From NCBI RefSeq assembly GCF_000143415.4, contig NW_003314275.1, positions 2,027,419 through 2,091,418 of the forward strand: 64,000 nt of DNA. The letters are read 5' to 3'. Positions 12,551-24,635 of this stretch are shown here, piece by piece. This DNA is from Selaginella moellendorffii (lineage: Eukaryota; Plantae; Lycopodiophyta). The position numbers and the translations under genes are program-made. The first letter of the stretch is position 1; the number at the start of each line of letters is the position of its first letter. The notes under the pieces are model-generated. The model made no database searches and was not told where the DNA came from. It was given only the letters and a program-made list of their open reading frames with translations.

Positions 12551-13204
12551 CTAAGTGCAACATGTTATATTTCCATCATTGTTGGTTGCCAGAGTGGTCA
12601 ATTGCACGGCCTCTTCGGTGCTATAGTTGCACTTCAGCTCGCCTTCCACAAAATAGCAGACAACATAGGGATCTGAGGTACACTTTGGAACATCCAGGGA
12701 AGCATCGCCATTCAATGTAGTGTCCATTTTCAAGCACCGAGCCTTCAGCAGCCCGGTGTCCAATTCATACGAAGCAGGAGTGCAACTGTTGAGAAATCCA
12801 CCGCAGGTGCCAGACTGAGTACTTTTCCTGCAACACACCATGTTTCCGTCGTTGTTTTCCGCATATTCCTCCATATTGACGAGGACGTTGTTACCGCCGC
12901 AATAGAAGGTTGGAGCTGATTGGCTTGATCCAGGCTGCTGGAGCGTACATTTGACCACTCCACGGCACTCGTTTGTGCTCAAACTTGACTCGTGCTTAGA
13001 GCCATTGACCATTTGGCAACTTGCTTTCAGCACATTTTCCCTATAAGAGATGGGTGTACAGGTTTTCAAAAAGCCTCCACATGATGAATCACAACTCTAC
13101 AAGAAGCCAAATCAAGTTCTTTGGTCACAGAAGAATTGCGATCTTACCACGAGTAGGAATGTGTTGATTACAAGCACTAACAAGGCACACACAAGCTTAT
13201 GCAT
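12551..13204 (-). CDS. CVNH-like secreted Cys-rich protein, copy 3
   Basis: Exon 1 at 13148-13204 (MHKLVCALLVLVINTFLLV) and exon 2 at 12551-13096. Frame is open and ends CCT*. Confidence 0.82.
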
Positions 13205-13480
13205 TGTGAGATTGCTCTGAGATGGTCTAGGTCGTGTTCTCACGTTAGTTTTAAGTGATATCTTTGATCTTTGTTAGATCCGGAATGCTCTTAAGGACGA
13301 AATACTAAAACTATTTATTAGTTCACACGTGTTTTGACAATGCATACCAATGTGCATTTTGTCACATTTTATGAGGTGTAAATTAAACATGAACGAGAAT
13401 GTTTAACTTGGCCAGAAGCACAACAATGCTCATCTCTGGAAGAGCTCTTGAAACACGAAAAGCTTGGTCTTTAGTGATAC

Positions 13481-13830
13481 GAGTCGATGAGCGCAGCACT
13501 CATCTTGAATCACCGACGTGTTATCTTTGCGACTACGAAGAAAAAATAGTCCTTCAGACAGAAAAAGAAAGAAAGTAGCGACCTTCCGCGATCAAAATCC
13601 TCCTAAAGGCATTCGCAAGTGCGGCATCGATTCCAATCCTATAGATCGCCCTCCGTCAGATATTTGATCTCCACACGGAAGTTCCGCCGGAAATCGCCGA
13701 GCCGGAGGCTGTTGTCATAGGTAACCGAAGAAGTACTGGACACTCTCTGTCTATCGGTGGATCGGTCGATCAATGCAAGACAAATCAGCCCAAGGCAGCT
13801 CCAAATTTCCCCAATTTTGTGGGGTTTAGG
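13481..13830 (-). pseudogene. Third AC40/RPAC1 fragment
   Basis: [26 protein letters not shown] followed by a stop; collinear with 1400-1790. Confidence 0.85.
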
Positions 13831-15126
13831 GTTCTTCCCGGTTCTGAAAGAGATCAATGGCGCGGTAAGGCGAGCAGAAATGCCGGCGTCGCTTCTTTCC
13901 CCATCGGCCGATTTCCAGTTTCAAATGCAGGCGTGCAATCGATCCGGCGCGCTATGCATGCTCCTTGCGAACAAACCGGCATGGAGAGTTTCTCCCGCAA
14001 AAAATGGGGCAGGGGACGATCTACGAGCAGCACGAAGAAGGGATTGCGCGTTGCCGCCATGAGCGCTATCCAAGAATTCCAGCAGGATTTCGGGGTGGTA
14101 GGAGCGGTGGTGGCTGGAGCTTATCTCTGGGTCCAAGGCTTCGAGCTACTCACTAGATTCAATGTCCTAGACCAGGTAAAGAACAAGACGTCGTTTCTTT
14201 CATCTATTTGTTTGCTTCCTCCTCCTCTGTTCTAATTGTCTCTTTCTTTCAGCGCAGAAGCTTTCTCGCAAGCTCGTCCATATGACAATGGGTCCACTCT
14301 TCATGCTTTCGTGGCCCATCTTCAGGTATCAACGAAAGAAAATCCTTTTCTTTCTCGAGAGCGCATCAAAGTTTTTCGGTTCTCAAACCGGTTTGTTTAC
14401 AGCTCTTCGTCGGCGTCCCGCTACATTTGTTCGCTAGTTCCACTGGCCAACGCTGTGCGTCTTCTAATCCTCGGCCTCGGTTTAGGAACAAACGAAGGGG
14501 TGGTGAAGTCGATGAGTAGAGATGGCGATGCCAAGTGAGTGGAGTATCATTTAAACAACACCAGAACCCGCATGTGGAAGATGAATTGCTTGCTTGTGGA
14601 AAAACGAGCTTCGATCTCAAATCAGAATCCTTGCTTCCTTCTTTTCTTCACTCGGGAAAAACACACTTGCTTGATCTCTCTTTAGAACTCGACTACCCTA
14701 TTTAAGCACGAAAATCTTACACCATCGCAACAACAAAACGCGTCGGGACACGATACGCTCGCTTTCTCTTTCTCTTTCTTCTTCCTGTAGTTACTTCGGC
14801 GTGTTTTCTCCCAGCGTCGACCGACAGTGTAGAAGTTCACATCCATACGAAAAATGGCACACTTTTGGCGGCCAAAAAAGCAGCTTGAGGTCGTTACAAA
14901 AAGTTGGTCCTTATTCTCGAGAGGTAAAAACTACCCGCAAAAGTTCCCGAAATCTACCGGCATTTGCACAAAAAAATTATCAACGCGGGAATATTATTTT
15001 GAGCTTCTCCAGATTTAATCAATCCTTCACGAAACTCTTGAAACGGTTTCTTCGCTCTTGATCCATCCCAATTGCCCAAAATCACAATTTGGCGCTCCTT
15101 AACAGTGGACTGTGCAGTGTTTTAGC

Positions 15127-15467
15127 TCACTTGCTGTAGTAATTGTAGGTGTGGGTGTAAACGTATACAACGCTAGAACCACCGCCCTCCTTCTTCTCGT
15201 CCTTCTTCTTTGGGGGCTCGTAATCGTTCTCGATGGAACGAAGAACGCTGTGGTGGCAATCCACCGCCTTGACCACGTCGTCCACATCAAATTTGCCGAT
15301 CACAACCAGGCCTGACGACTCCGATTCCACCTTATCAACTCCTGTCGAAAAAACCACACCAGATTCATGGTCTCCAGATCCAATCCAAAGATTATACGTT
15401 TGATCTTTTTGAGGGCGTTGATCTTTCCCTCGCAGCTCCAACAAGTAGAGAGTGTGACCTTCTTCAT
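15127..15467 (-). CDS. Small HMA (heavy-metal-associated) domain protein A
   Basis: Exon 1 MKKVTLSTCWSCEGKINALKKIK, intron, exon 2 VDKVESESSGLVVIGKFDVDDVVKA...PPKKKDEKKEGGG. CxxC motif plus a GV..V...vviGkfD pattern. TATAAAA lies about 115 bp upstream. A further 3' exon is possible. Confidence 0.7.
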
Positions 15468-16149
15468 GCTTTCAAAAAAAGAAAAATAGATCCAACCGGG
15501 AGATTTTTCCTTGAAACTTGCTCTCTCCTAGGGAAAATTAGCCGAGCTGCTATCGCGCTTGCTCGTCTTCGAACTGATTTTATAGCTGGATTCTACGTTA
15601 AGCCATCGTAGGACGACGCGTCTACTACCAAATTCCTCGCTACTTCAAAACACGAGGCCCGCGTCTGGGGGAAGACCATTTCACCAGGCTTTCGCAATGC
15701 AAAAGAAGATTTCACTCGTAGTTCCTTAAAAAAGATGAAATCTCATTTCTAAAGAAGATTGAAATTGATTTGCACAACCAGATCTTGTTTTCCTCTCTTA
15801 GGATCTTACATGCATAAGCATTTGCATGGCTCTCCGGAGTAGGTCCCAAGCCCAAATGTCTATAGACTATATCTATCTATCTATCTCTGTTTTTTTTTTC
15901 GCAAGTAGACAATGTCACCTTCTGCATCAGATGATGATCTCAGAACACGGCAAAAACAGTTCGACGTCGAAACAAAAAGTTGTTCTTGCCCTTGGCTCCA
16001 TTTGTTTTCTGTTTTTTCTCTGTTGGTTCGTCCCACCTTGTCACGTAATCTAGAGGTATACATACATGTGCGAATCTACGGTAGTACGACCTGCAACAGC
16101 TGAAGCATTGTAGATCTTATCAGTTATTCACACCTGAGCACTTAATCTG

Positions 16150-16310
16150 TTGAAAATCCAATAATCCCTCACGAAACTCTTGAAACTTTTGCTTAGAACA
16201 GAACCACCGCCCTCTTCCTTGTAATCTTTCTCGATGGAGTGAAGAACTCTATGGTGGCAATCCATTGCATTGACCACGTCGTCCACATCAAAGTTTCCAA
16301 TCAGGCCTAA
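16150..16310 (-). pseudogene. Degenerate small-HMA exon 2 fragment
   Basis: LIGNFDVDDVVNAMDCHHRVLHSIEKDYKEEGG; exon 1 is absent. Confidence 0.7.
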
Positions 16311-16911
16311 CGAGTCCGTAAGACGACGCGTCTACTTCCAAATTCCTCGCTAGTTCAAATTACGAGGCCCGTTTCTGGCGGAAGCCATTTCACCTGAAAG
16401 AAAATTTCCACACGGATCACAGTTTTATCGACGCGTCTAAATCTCGTGCCATCATGGATTTGTTTTGGTGTTGCAACTTGACACCCTCGTGCTCCCTTTC
16501 TGAAATCGCTGGAAGAAAAAGTCCATTCGAGCCGGGAGATTCACGGACCATTTTTTTAAAGTTTGAAGCTTGAATAGCATTATATAATCTTCTAAACAAT
16601 TCCAATCGCATAGCCTGAAACTCACTTGCAACTCCTCAGAAAATAAACCATTTATTTCTCTAAACAGGAGGAGGATCACTTTTAGGATAAAAATGATGTT
16701 TTGACGAAGTGAGAACTTTACTAGAGCTGAGAGCCACCATAGAGTCTCCGGTGTGTTTTCTTTCTTCTTTCTGCGGGATCAATATTTTAGATTCGCTTTT
16801 AATCTCTGAACCGCGTCGGTTTCAAGCTTTCGAAATTGCTTCACCTCCCATGAATTCAAGTATTTGAAGTGGAAGAGAAAAACTACTTCTATACACAAAC
16901 ACTATTTTAAC

Positions 16912-17250
16912 TCACTTCCAGTACTGGTTGTAGGTGTGGGTGTACACATATATAACGCTAGAACCTTCCTCCTTCTTGTCTTCCTTCTTTTTGGGGGGCT
17001 CGTAATTGTTCTCGATGGAACGAAGGACACTGTGGTGGCAATCCATCGCCTTTAGCACGTCGTCCACATCAAATTTTCCAATCACCACCAGGCCTGACGA
17101 CTCCGACTCCACTTTATCGACCCCTGTTCAGAGATTTCATGGAATCAGGGCCGCGATCCAATGCAAAGATTGTGCTATACCTTTGATCTTCTTGAGCGCG
17201 TCGGTCTTCCCCTTGCAGCTTTCACAAGTTGAGAGTGTCGCCTTCTTCAT
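16912..17250 (-). CDS. Small HMA domain protein B
   Basis: MKKATLSTCESCKGKTDALKKIKG/VDKVESESSGLVVIGKFDVDDVLKAMDCHHS...; same intron position as A. Confidence 0.7.
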
Positions 17251-18254
17251 GCTTGCAAGGAAAGGAAAATGGATCGAGATTACTACTTGCTTGCTCAAGA
17301 TGTTTGCTCAGAAAACCGAGAAATACGCTGCGAGATGCCTTGCTGCTAACGTTTGCGGTTTTTATAGCTTGATTCTACGGTACAGTCTTTGTAGGACCAC
17401 GCGTCACCACCAAATTCCTCGCGATTTCAGCGAATAGTCAAAGACGACCACAATGCAGAAGAAAATTCCACACTGTCTAGATCCGCGTTGTTGCAACTTT
17501 AACAGTCTATTCTTCTTATGAAGAGGACATTCCAACTAGCTGGGAGACCGATTCATCAAAGCCGCAAAAGATTGTCGCGTTTGAGCCTAGAACTCAAGTT
17601 GAGCAGCAAATCATACAGCAGCAAATGGGTGATTCCCTACTAGAAGTGGTCGTTGCCACTATTCCACACATCGCGTGGCACCGTGGGATGAACTTCATGA
17701 TGTTCCTTCTTCTCTTCTCTCATTATTGTCCTTGCGGGAACAATTTCGTGAAAGTTTCGGCCCCAAAAAGTTGTTTCCCGTGAGTTCGGACCAGTTAATC
17801 GATGGTTGTTTTTTACAACATAAAAAAGGTAAGGTAGGAAAAAACTCTGCTAGTTTACTATTCTAGAACTCCACACTGATCGATTAACTTTATGGAAACG
17901 CAGGGGTGGTGAAGTGGAATCCGATTCTTCTGGCTCTCCATTGAGAAGTATATCCTTGACTACGGCTGAGCACCGGCATTATTCATCAGTTTAATCAAAA
18001 AATATTCAAGTTTTGAAAATTTAATGCTCTGACAATTTCGCTAGAAAATATCCTTAAACCCTTATGTTAAACTGAGGGTTAAATTTTAAACTAAAGTATA
18101 AAGTGTGCGTGCGAAATAAGAACCCCTAAGAACTTGGTGCTATGCTCTTCTAGATCAGAAGCTCCTGAAGTTGCGCCAGACACGCGCCACCTCCCTTGTT
18201 CTTGCAGATCCATCCATCCCTTGCAAGTGGAAGAACAAATAACTATGCAGTGTT

Positions 18255-18604
18255 TTAGCACTTGCAATTGTAGTGATTGTAGGTGTGGGTGTAAACATAT
18301 ACAACGCTAGAACCACCGCCCTTCTTCTCCTTGTCCTTCTTTGGGGGCTCATAATCGTTCTCGACAGAACGAAGAATGCTGTGGTGGCAATCCATCGCCT
18401 TGACCACGTCGTCCACATCAAATTTGCCGATCACTACCAGGCCTGACGACTCCCATTCCACCTTATCAACCCCTGTTGTTCAAAAACAAGAAACGATATC
18501 AGCTTTCAAATGTCCAATCCAAGTTTGTACATACCTTTGATCTTCTTAAGCACATCAGTCTTTCCCTCGCAGCTCCCACAAGTTGAGAGTGTCACCTTCT
18601 TCAT
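18255..18604 (-). CDS. Small HMA domain protein C
   Basis: MKKVTLSTCGSCEGKTDVLKKIKG/VDKVEWESSGLVVIGKFDVDDVVKAM...HYNCKC*; a third exon near 18150-18220 is possible. Confidence 0.7.
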
Positions 18605-19582
18605 GCTTGCAAAAGGAGGAAAAATGGATCGAGATTTTTTTTTGAACCTTTGCTGAGACTTTGCAACTCCGAAGAACACGCTGCGAGATGCCTTGCTGCT
18701 CACGGTCGAACTTTGTGGCGGTTTTTATAGCTGGATTCTACAGTTTAGCCACCGCTAAATTGCCAAAGTCGAAGACCATTTCAAAGCTTCTCTCTTGCAT
18801 TGTATAGAAAGTTTTCAGAGCGTACACTGGACTTTCACATGGGCTTCCCTTTCTCGTGCCTCACATTTGACGTCATTTGATGAGTTGCAGCTTTTTGAAA
18901 TCGCTGACAAAACCCATGCTGGGAGACCAAAGAAGCGTCCTTGACTTAAACTTTTACCCCCACAATCGCGACTGGCCATCAACTTTGTCAAATCCATTCC
19001 AGCTGGGAGACCAAAGAAGCTTACATTGATCGCTTAAATCCATGGTAAGATTGAAAGGTCAGTGTACGTTCACGGAACATTTTTCTAAACTTTGAAGCTT
19101 GAATAGCATTATACATTCTTCTAAACAAATCAAATCGAGTCTGATACTGTGGCTCTCAGCTCTAGTAAAGTTCTATTTTGAACTCACTTCATCAAAACAT
19201 CATTTTTATCCTGCAATTGAAAAGTGACTTCGTTCAAGTCTCCTCCTGTTGAGAGGAATAAAACAAATGGTTTTTTTCAGAGTTCCACTCTTTAAAATGT
19301 GATGACGCACGTTCATTTTCAAACTCTTAGGAAGAGAATTAATCTCCTCAAAGTTCAAGGTTAAGAACGAACCACATTCCTTTACAGTCAAATGCACCGG
19401 TGCATCTTCTTTCTTTCTGTGGCATCAATGTTTTAGATTCACTTTTGAACTCTGAGCCGAGAAAAATTAATGCCCTTGATTGAGACATCAACTTTAGAAA
19501 TTGCTTCACCTCCCATGAATTCCACATTCAAGAATTTGAGGTAGAAGAGAAAATCTATTTTTACACACAAACACTATTTAAC

Positions 19583-19934
19583 TCACTTCCAGTACTGGTT
19601 GTAGGTGTGGGTGTACACATATATAACGCTAGAGCCTTCTTCCTTCTTGTCTTCCTTCTTTTTGGGGGGCTCGTAATTGTTCTCGATGGAACGAAGGACA
19701 CTGTGAGGGCAATCCATCGCCTTTAGCACGTCGTCCACATCAAATTTTCCAATCACCACCAGGCCTGACGACTCCGATTCCACCTTATCGACCCCTATTG
19801 GGAAAACCGCACCAGAGATTTCATGGAATCAGGGCCGCGATCCAATGCAAAGATTGTGCTATACCTTTGATCTTCTTGAGCGCGTCAGTCTTCCCCTTGC
19901 AGCTTTCACAAGTTGAGAGTGTCGCCTTCTTCAT
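19583..19934 (-). CDS. Small HMA domain protein D (near-identical to B)
   Basis: MKKATLSTCESCKGKTDALKKIKG/VDKVESESSG...YNQYWK. Confidence 0.7.
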
Positions 19935-20599
19935 GCTTACAAGGAAAGGAAACTGGATCGAGAAAACTAGTTGCTCGCTCAAGATGTTTGCTTGAAGCTT
20001 GCCAGAAAATCAAGAAATACGCTGCGAGATGCCTTGCTGCTAACGTTTGCGGTTTTTATAGCTTGATTCTACGGTATAGTCTTCGTAGGACGACGCGTCA
20101 CCGCGATTTCAGCGAATAGTCAAAGAGAAGAAAATTCCACACGTCTAGATCCGCGGTGTTGCAACTTTAACTGTCTATTCTTCTTATGAGAGACCGATTC
20201 ATCAAAGCCTGCAAAAGGTTGTCGCGTTTGAACCCAGCAGCAAATCATACAGCAGCAAGCCTTCGGGCATGGGTGATTCCCTACTCAAAGTGGTCGTTGC
20301 CACTATTCCAACACATTGCGTGGCACCGTGGGAAAGCGAAGAGACGAACTTCATGATCAGAGACTGTTCCTTCTTCTCCTCTCTCCACTTCACCACCCCT
20401 GCGTTTCCAAAAAGACTTTACCTTTTTTTTTATGTTGTAACTTTTTGGCGCCGAATCTCCCATGAAATCCCGCAAGGTGATATAGACATTGAACAAAAGG
20501 TTGTTCTTATCTTGGGCCCTTTGTTCTCTCTCTCTCTCTCTCTCCCTCGCTCTGAGATTCTTTCTGTCACGGAATCTAGAAGTATAGCCTTGACTACGG

Positions 20600-20850
20600 C
20601 GACGTGCACTGGCATTTGTGCTATGCAAAGTCTTTTGCATCTAACTTTTGGAAACCTTACTTCCACGATCGAATTCCACGTCGAGGCATCTCGCTGGAGC
20701 ATCCCATCGAACGTTCTGCGAGACCGAGGATGAATTTGGCCATAGTGTTTTAGCAGATTCTTTCCACTGCGGATGCAAAGCGTGATCATCACATTCCAAG
20801 AGATCTCGTTCTTCTCTGGAGCCAATTTGAATGCTCTTCATGGGGCCAGA
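20600..20850 (-). pseudogene. PLS-class PPR gene debris
   Basis: PEKNEISWNVMI and RRTFDGMLQRDASTWNSIV are typical PPR P/S-motif junction sequences. There is no long ORF. Confidence 0.55.
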
Positions 20851-20991
20851 AGCCTCAGGGCACCAGTTTCATGCAGAACACTTTCACAAAAAAAAGAAAG
20901 AAAGAGTTTCTAGATCTGAAACTCTTGAAATTATTTCATACACACCCTTGTTCTTGCAGATCCATCCATCCCTTGCAATTGGAAGAACAAA

Positions 20992-21356
20992 TTAGCACTT
21001 GCAATTGTAGTGATTGTAGTTGTGGGCGTAAACATACAAAACGCTACCGCCCTCCTTCTTCTCTTCCTTCTTCTCTTCCTTCTTCTTTGGGGGCTCGTAA
21101 TTGTTCTCGATGGAACGAAGAACACTGTGGTGGCAATTCATCGCCTTGACCACGTCGTCCACATCAAATTTGCCGATCACTACCAGGCCTGACGTCTCCG
21201 ATTCCACCTTATCAACCCCTGTTGTTCAAAAACAGAAAAATCCACGAGATCAGCTCTCGAATTTCCAATCCAAAGTTTGTACATACCTTTGATCTTCTTA
21301 AGCGCATCAGTCTTTCCCTTGCAGCTCCCACAAGTTGAGAGTGTCACCTTCTTCAT
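20992..21356 (-). CDS. Small HMA domain protein E (similar to C)
   Basis: MKKVTLSTCGSCKGKTDALKKIKG/VDKVESETSGLVVIGKFDVDDVVKAM...HYNCKC*. Confidence 0.7.
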
Positions 21357-22009
21357 ACTTGCAAAAAGAGAGAAAATGGATCGAGATTTTTTCTTGAAAC
21401 TTTGCTGAGACTTTGCCGCAACACCGAAGAACACTCTGCGAGATGCCTTGCTGCTCACGTTCGAACTTTGTGGCGGTTTTTATAGCTGGATTCTACAGTT
21501 TAGCCACTGCTAAGCTAAATTGCCAAAGTCGAAGACCACTTCAATGCTTCTCTCTTGTCTACCTATCAAAATCCCTTGGATTTCCTTCTTTCCAATCTAT
21601 TCAAGCCAGCTCCAAACCCCTCAAGTTGTCGTTCCCGTCTCTTCTTTCCTTTTTTCTGCCCTTTTGTGTGCTTGGAGCTCGAGCTTTTAAAGCATTCTTG
21701 AGAGAAAAAGAGGAGATCGGGTCAATTGCGAGAAAAGATCAACACGTCCTAAACCCATGGCCATTTCCTTAGAGATGATATAAGGCTGCACTAAGCACAG
21801 TTGAACAAGCCAAAAAGTTGGCAGCTTGTCAACAAAAACACACAAAGAAGACTTCAGCGATTGCCCGGAAATATTGTCAATTTGTCTTTGATTCTTAGAA
21901 AAAGGAAGGATTCCTTGCTACAGCTTTGGCTGAATTTTCTCCAGATCTAACCTCGATATGGCATAGAACACCACAATAAAATCCCATTGACAAACACACC
22001 AACACGCAA

Positions 22010-22345
22010 ACACTATTTCGTCACTGAGGAAATTGATCGCCTTTGAATGGGCCTGACTCAAGCTTTGATCATCAGAAGGAACGTGTCTTCTAAAGTCACA
22101 GGAAAAAGAAAAAGATGAAAAAGAGATTAGCCACTGGTGAGAAAAACGTAAGAGCTCACCTTGATCCCTGTAGGTTTCCGGCTTTTGTCCTGCCCAGACA
22201 GCCTTTGCTTTGTTGTCGGGCTCCACAACTTTGTATACCTTATGTCGCAAAGGAAACATGAAAGCCTCGTAAGCTTTCCTGTTATCGTCCACCTTGACAT
22301 CCACCGTGAGAAGTCTTTCGATCGCCATGCCATTTTCTATCCCTG
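22010..22345 (-). pseudogene. Unidentified spliced gene fragment
   Basis: Exon-like segment GIENGMAIERLLTVDVKVDDNRKAYEAFMFPLRHKVYKVVEPD...YRDQ bounded by AG and GTGAG. No family recognised. Confidence 0.3.
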
Positions 22346-24369
22346 TCGAAGACACAGAAGAAGAGATCCAACCGGAGATGTATCGCGGCCCCGATCCTGT
22401 GACAAATCCCGTTGTTGTCGCATCTAAACTTTAAATATTCCATCAGCATATTCTGTAAAAAGATGTCCAACGCTGACACGGACCTCTGGAACAGGATTTG
22501 CCATCACCTTCGGGCTTCCATCTTTGTTCTTTACCTTCCACATGCGTGTTCTGGTGTTGTTTAAATGATACTCCACTCACTTGGCAAACATCTTCCACAA
22601 GCAAGCAATTCATCACCTTCGGGCAATTTTATTCTCTTGCTCATCTTTACTTGTTCTGTTTTTATAGAGAGCTTTTACAAGGTCCTTTATACTATGTAGC
22701 GGTGCTCTTCATAAGCACAGTGTGCTTCTGGCTTGACTCTCCTGTTGGAATGATAGCTCTGTCTGTGATGTGTGACGGTGACGGTAAGTAAATCCATCCA
22801 AAAGCTTTCTTCGCCTGATTCTCGCGCTACAGGGATTGCTGACATAATAGGCAGGAAGTTTGGGCGTGAAAAGCTTCCATACAATGAGAAAAAAAGCTGG
22901 GCCAGAAGCACAGCAATGTTCGTCTGTGGAACAGCGCTCTCTTTCGCGTGAGTGTTTTTCGAAACAAAAGCTTGGCCTTGAGTGACTCTTCCATTGTTTC
23001 AGGTCGATCTATTACTTCACGTATCTGGGAGTTTATGCCTTGGATCCGCTCGATACTCTAGCTCGTGTCACATTCATCTCGCTAGCAGCAACACTTGTGG
23101 AATCGCTGCCAATCACGTCGTCTTTGGATGACAATCACGTGGTCCCAACGACGGTCATGCTGCTCGGCTCGATCTTATTCTGAAGTAAGACTCCACTTTC
23201 TCACATTTTATTTTAAGCAACGGTTAAAGCGAAACTGTGATGTTAAGCTTCCATGCAACTGGGCCACTCTTGCTCGCCTCGGCTGGTGGTCAAGTCCACT
23301 GTCGGACCACTACGAAAGTGAAAAGAAGTAAATGATAGCTGCGACCGTGCATGTCATCCGGCCCAGGAACAACAGAAAGTTATTAGCCATCTTCATGTCA
23401 TGCCTGTTTCTTCAACCTACAAACCTTCAGCTGAAAGAAATATCAAGGACGGTATGGTCATTAATGGGACCATAGACTTTGATGAAACTTTAATGAAATA
23501 CATTCATGAAAAACCTTGATTCACAATTGCGTACAACTGGGTTTGCTTTTGTGATCTTGATTTGGTCCCAACTAGTCACACTGCTCGTTTCCATCTCTTG
23601 ATGAAATAAAAAGGTGTAAGCCACAAATTTTTCCTTTCCAATTTGCTAGCTTACCTCGTCTATCCGACCAACGCTGCCTTGGCTTGTGCTAAGTTCCCTT
23701 GCCAAGGTTCTCGCCTATTGTACCAGCTCCTACTTGGTCCTACTTGGTTTCAGCTACTCACTGCACGAGCAACGGAGTGTTAGCCATCCATCTACGGATT
23801 CCCAAATCTCTCATAATCCCCCTCCCCGGGTTAGACTGGATTTAAGGTTTGGCTACACTCCCCGCAGGCACAAGCAGCCAAGCACACCAAGCCTCCCGGT
23901 TCCTAACACCCCTTGGTACAACAAGATTTGATCATGGGACCCTCTAAATCCCAAGCCTTGGGTGCAGCACTTGCTTCGGGACGTCGGGGCGAAACACCGT
24001 GGCCTAACGGCCCGGCATGGGTACCTTTACCCCCCCACTTCCATCCCGAAGGGAAGGTCCAAGCCCCTAGGAAGGGCGAGGACCAATGAGCCGCATGGTA
24101 CTCAAGTGGGGCACCACTCCACATGAGCCGGGAGCACTGCAATCAGTTTCCCTTTCGGGAGTGGGAGCTGCTCTTAAGCACTTCCTTGGATGGCCCCTCC
24201 GGCACCAACCAAGTCCATACTCACTCCCACCCAAGGCCCCTCGGTCCCAGTCTCAACCTCAACTGGTTCCTAGACCTCACTATCCCTACTATGCTTTTGG
24301 AACCCCCTGCAGCCCCCCTCGGGAGACGCATGCTTTGGGATTTCACCCCTTGACCCGTATTAATATTTG

Positions 24370-24635
24370 GACTTAGTCTCTGGCTCGATCTCGGACTCGA
24401 TTTCGAATCCGACTTCGGATTCGGTCTCGGACTCGATCTCAGACTTGATCTCGGACCCGATCTCAGACCTGACCTCGGACTCGACCTCGGACTCGGTCTC
24501 GGACCCCATTTTGGATCTCGGACTCCATCTCGAACTCGGTCTCGAACTCGGTCCCCGAGTCGGCCTCGGACTCAATTCCGGACTCTATCTCGAACTCGGT
24601 CTCCGAGTCGGTCTTGGACTCGATCTTCGACTTGG
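24370..24635. repeat. Degenerate 6/12-bp tandem repeat (TCGGAC/TCGATC) inside the LTR
   Basis: Repeated CTCGGACTCGATCT-like units; a second copy lies at 31941-32130. Confidence 0.85.

Larger units (their letters stand above)
13880..23183 (+). pseudogene. Phytol kinase duplicate split by an ~8-kb insertion in intron 3 (exons 1-3 at 13880-14535, exons 4-6 at ~22668-23183)
   Basis: High identity to 3027-4307. There is a 1-nt frameshift in the transit peptide near 13995 and substitutions in conserved motifs (LLQGPLYY, FWLDSP, MCDGDG). Confidence 0.82.

Noticed and set aside
18255-18270. C-terminal CKC in HMA C and E as a prenylation signal
   Set aside because: It is not a CaaX box, and a possible downstream exon would change the terminus.
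15100-21400. Regularly spaced repeats that might suggest a CRISPR-like array
   Set aside because: The units are spliced protein-coding paralogs about 1.3-1.8 kb apart in eukaryotic DNA, with no short repeat-spacer structure.
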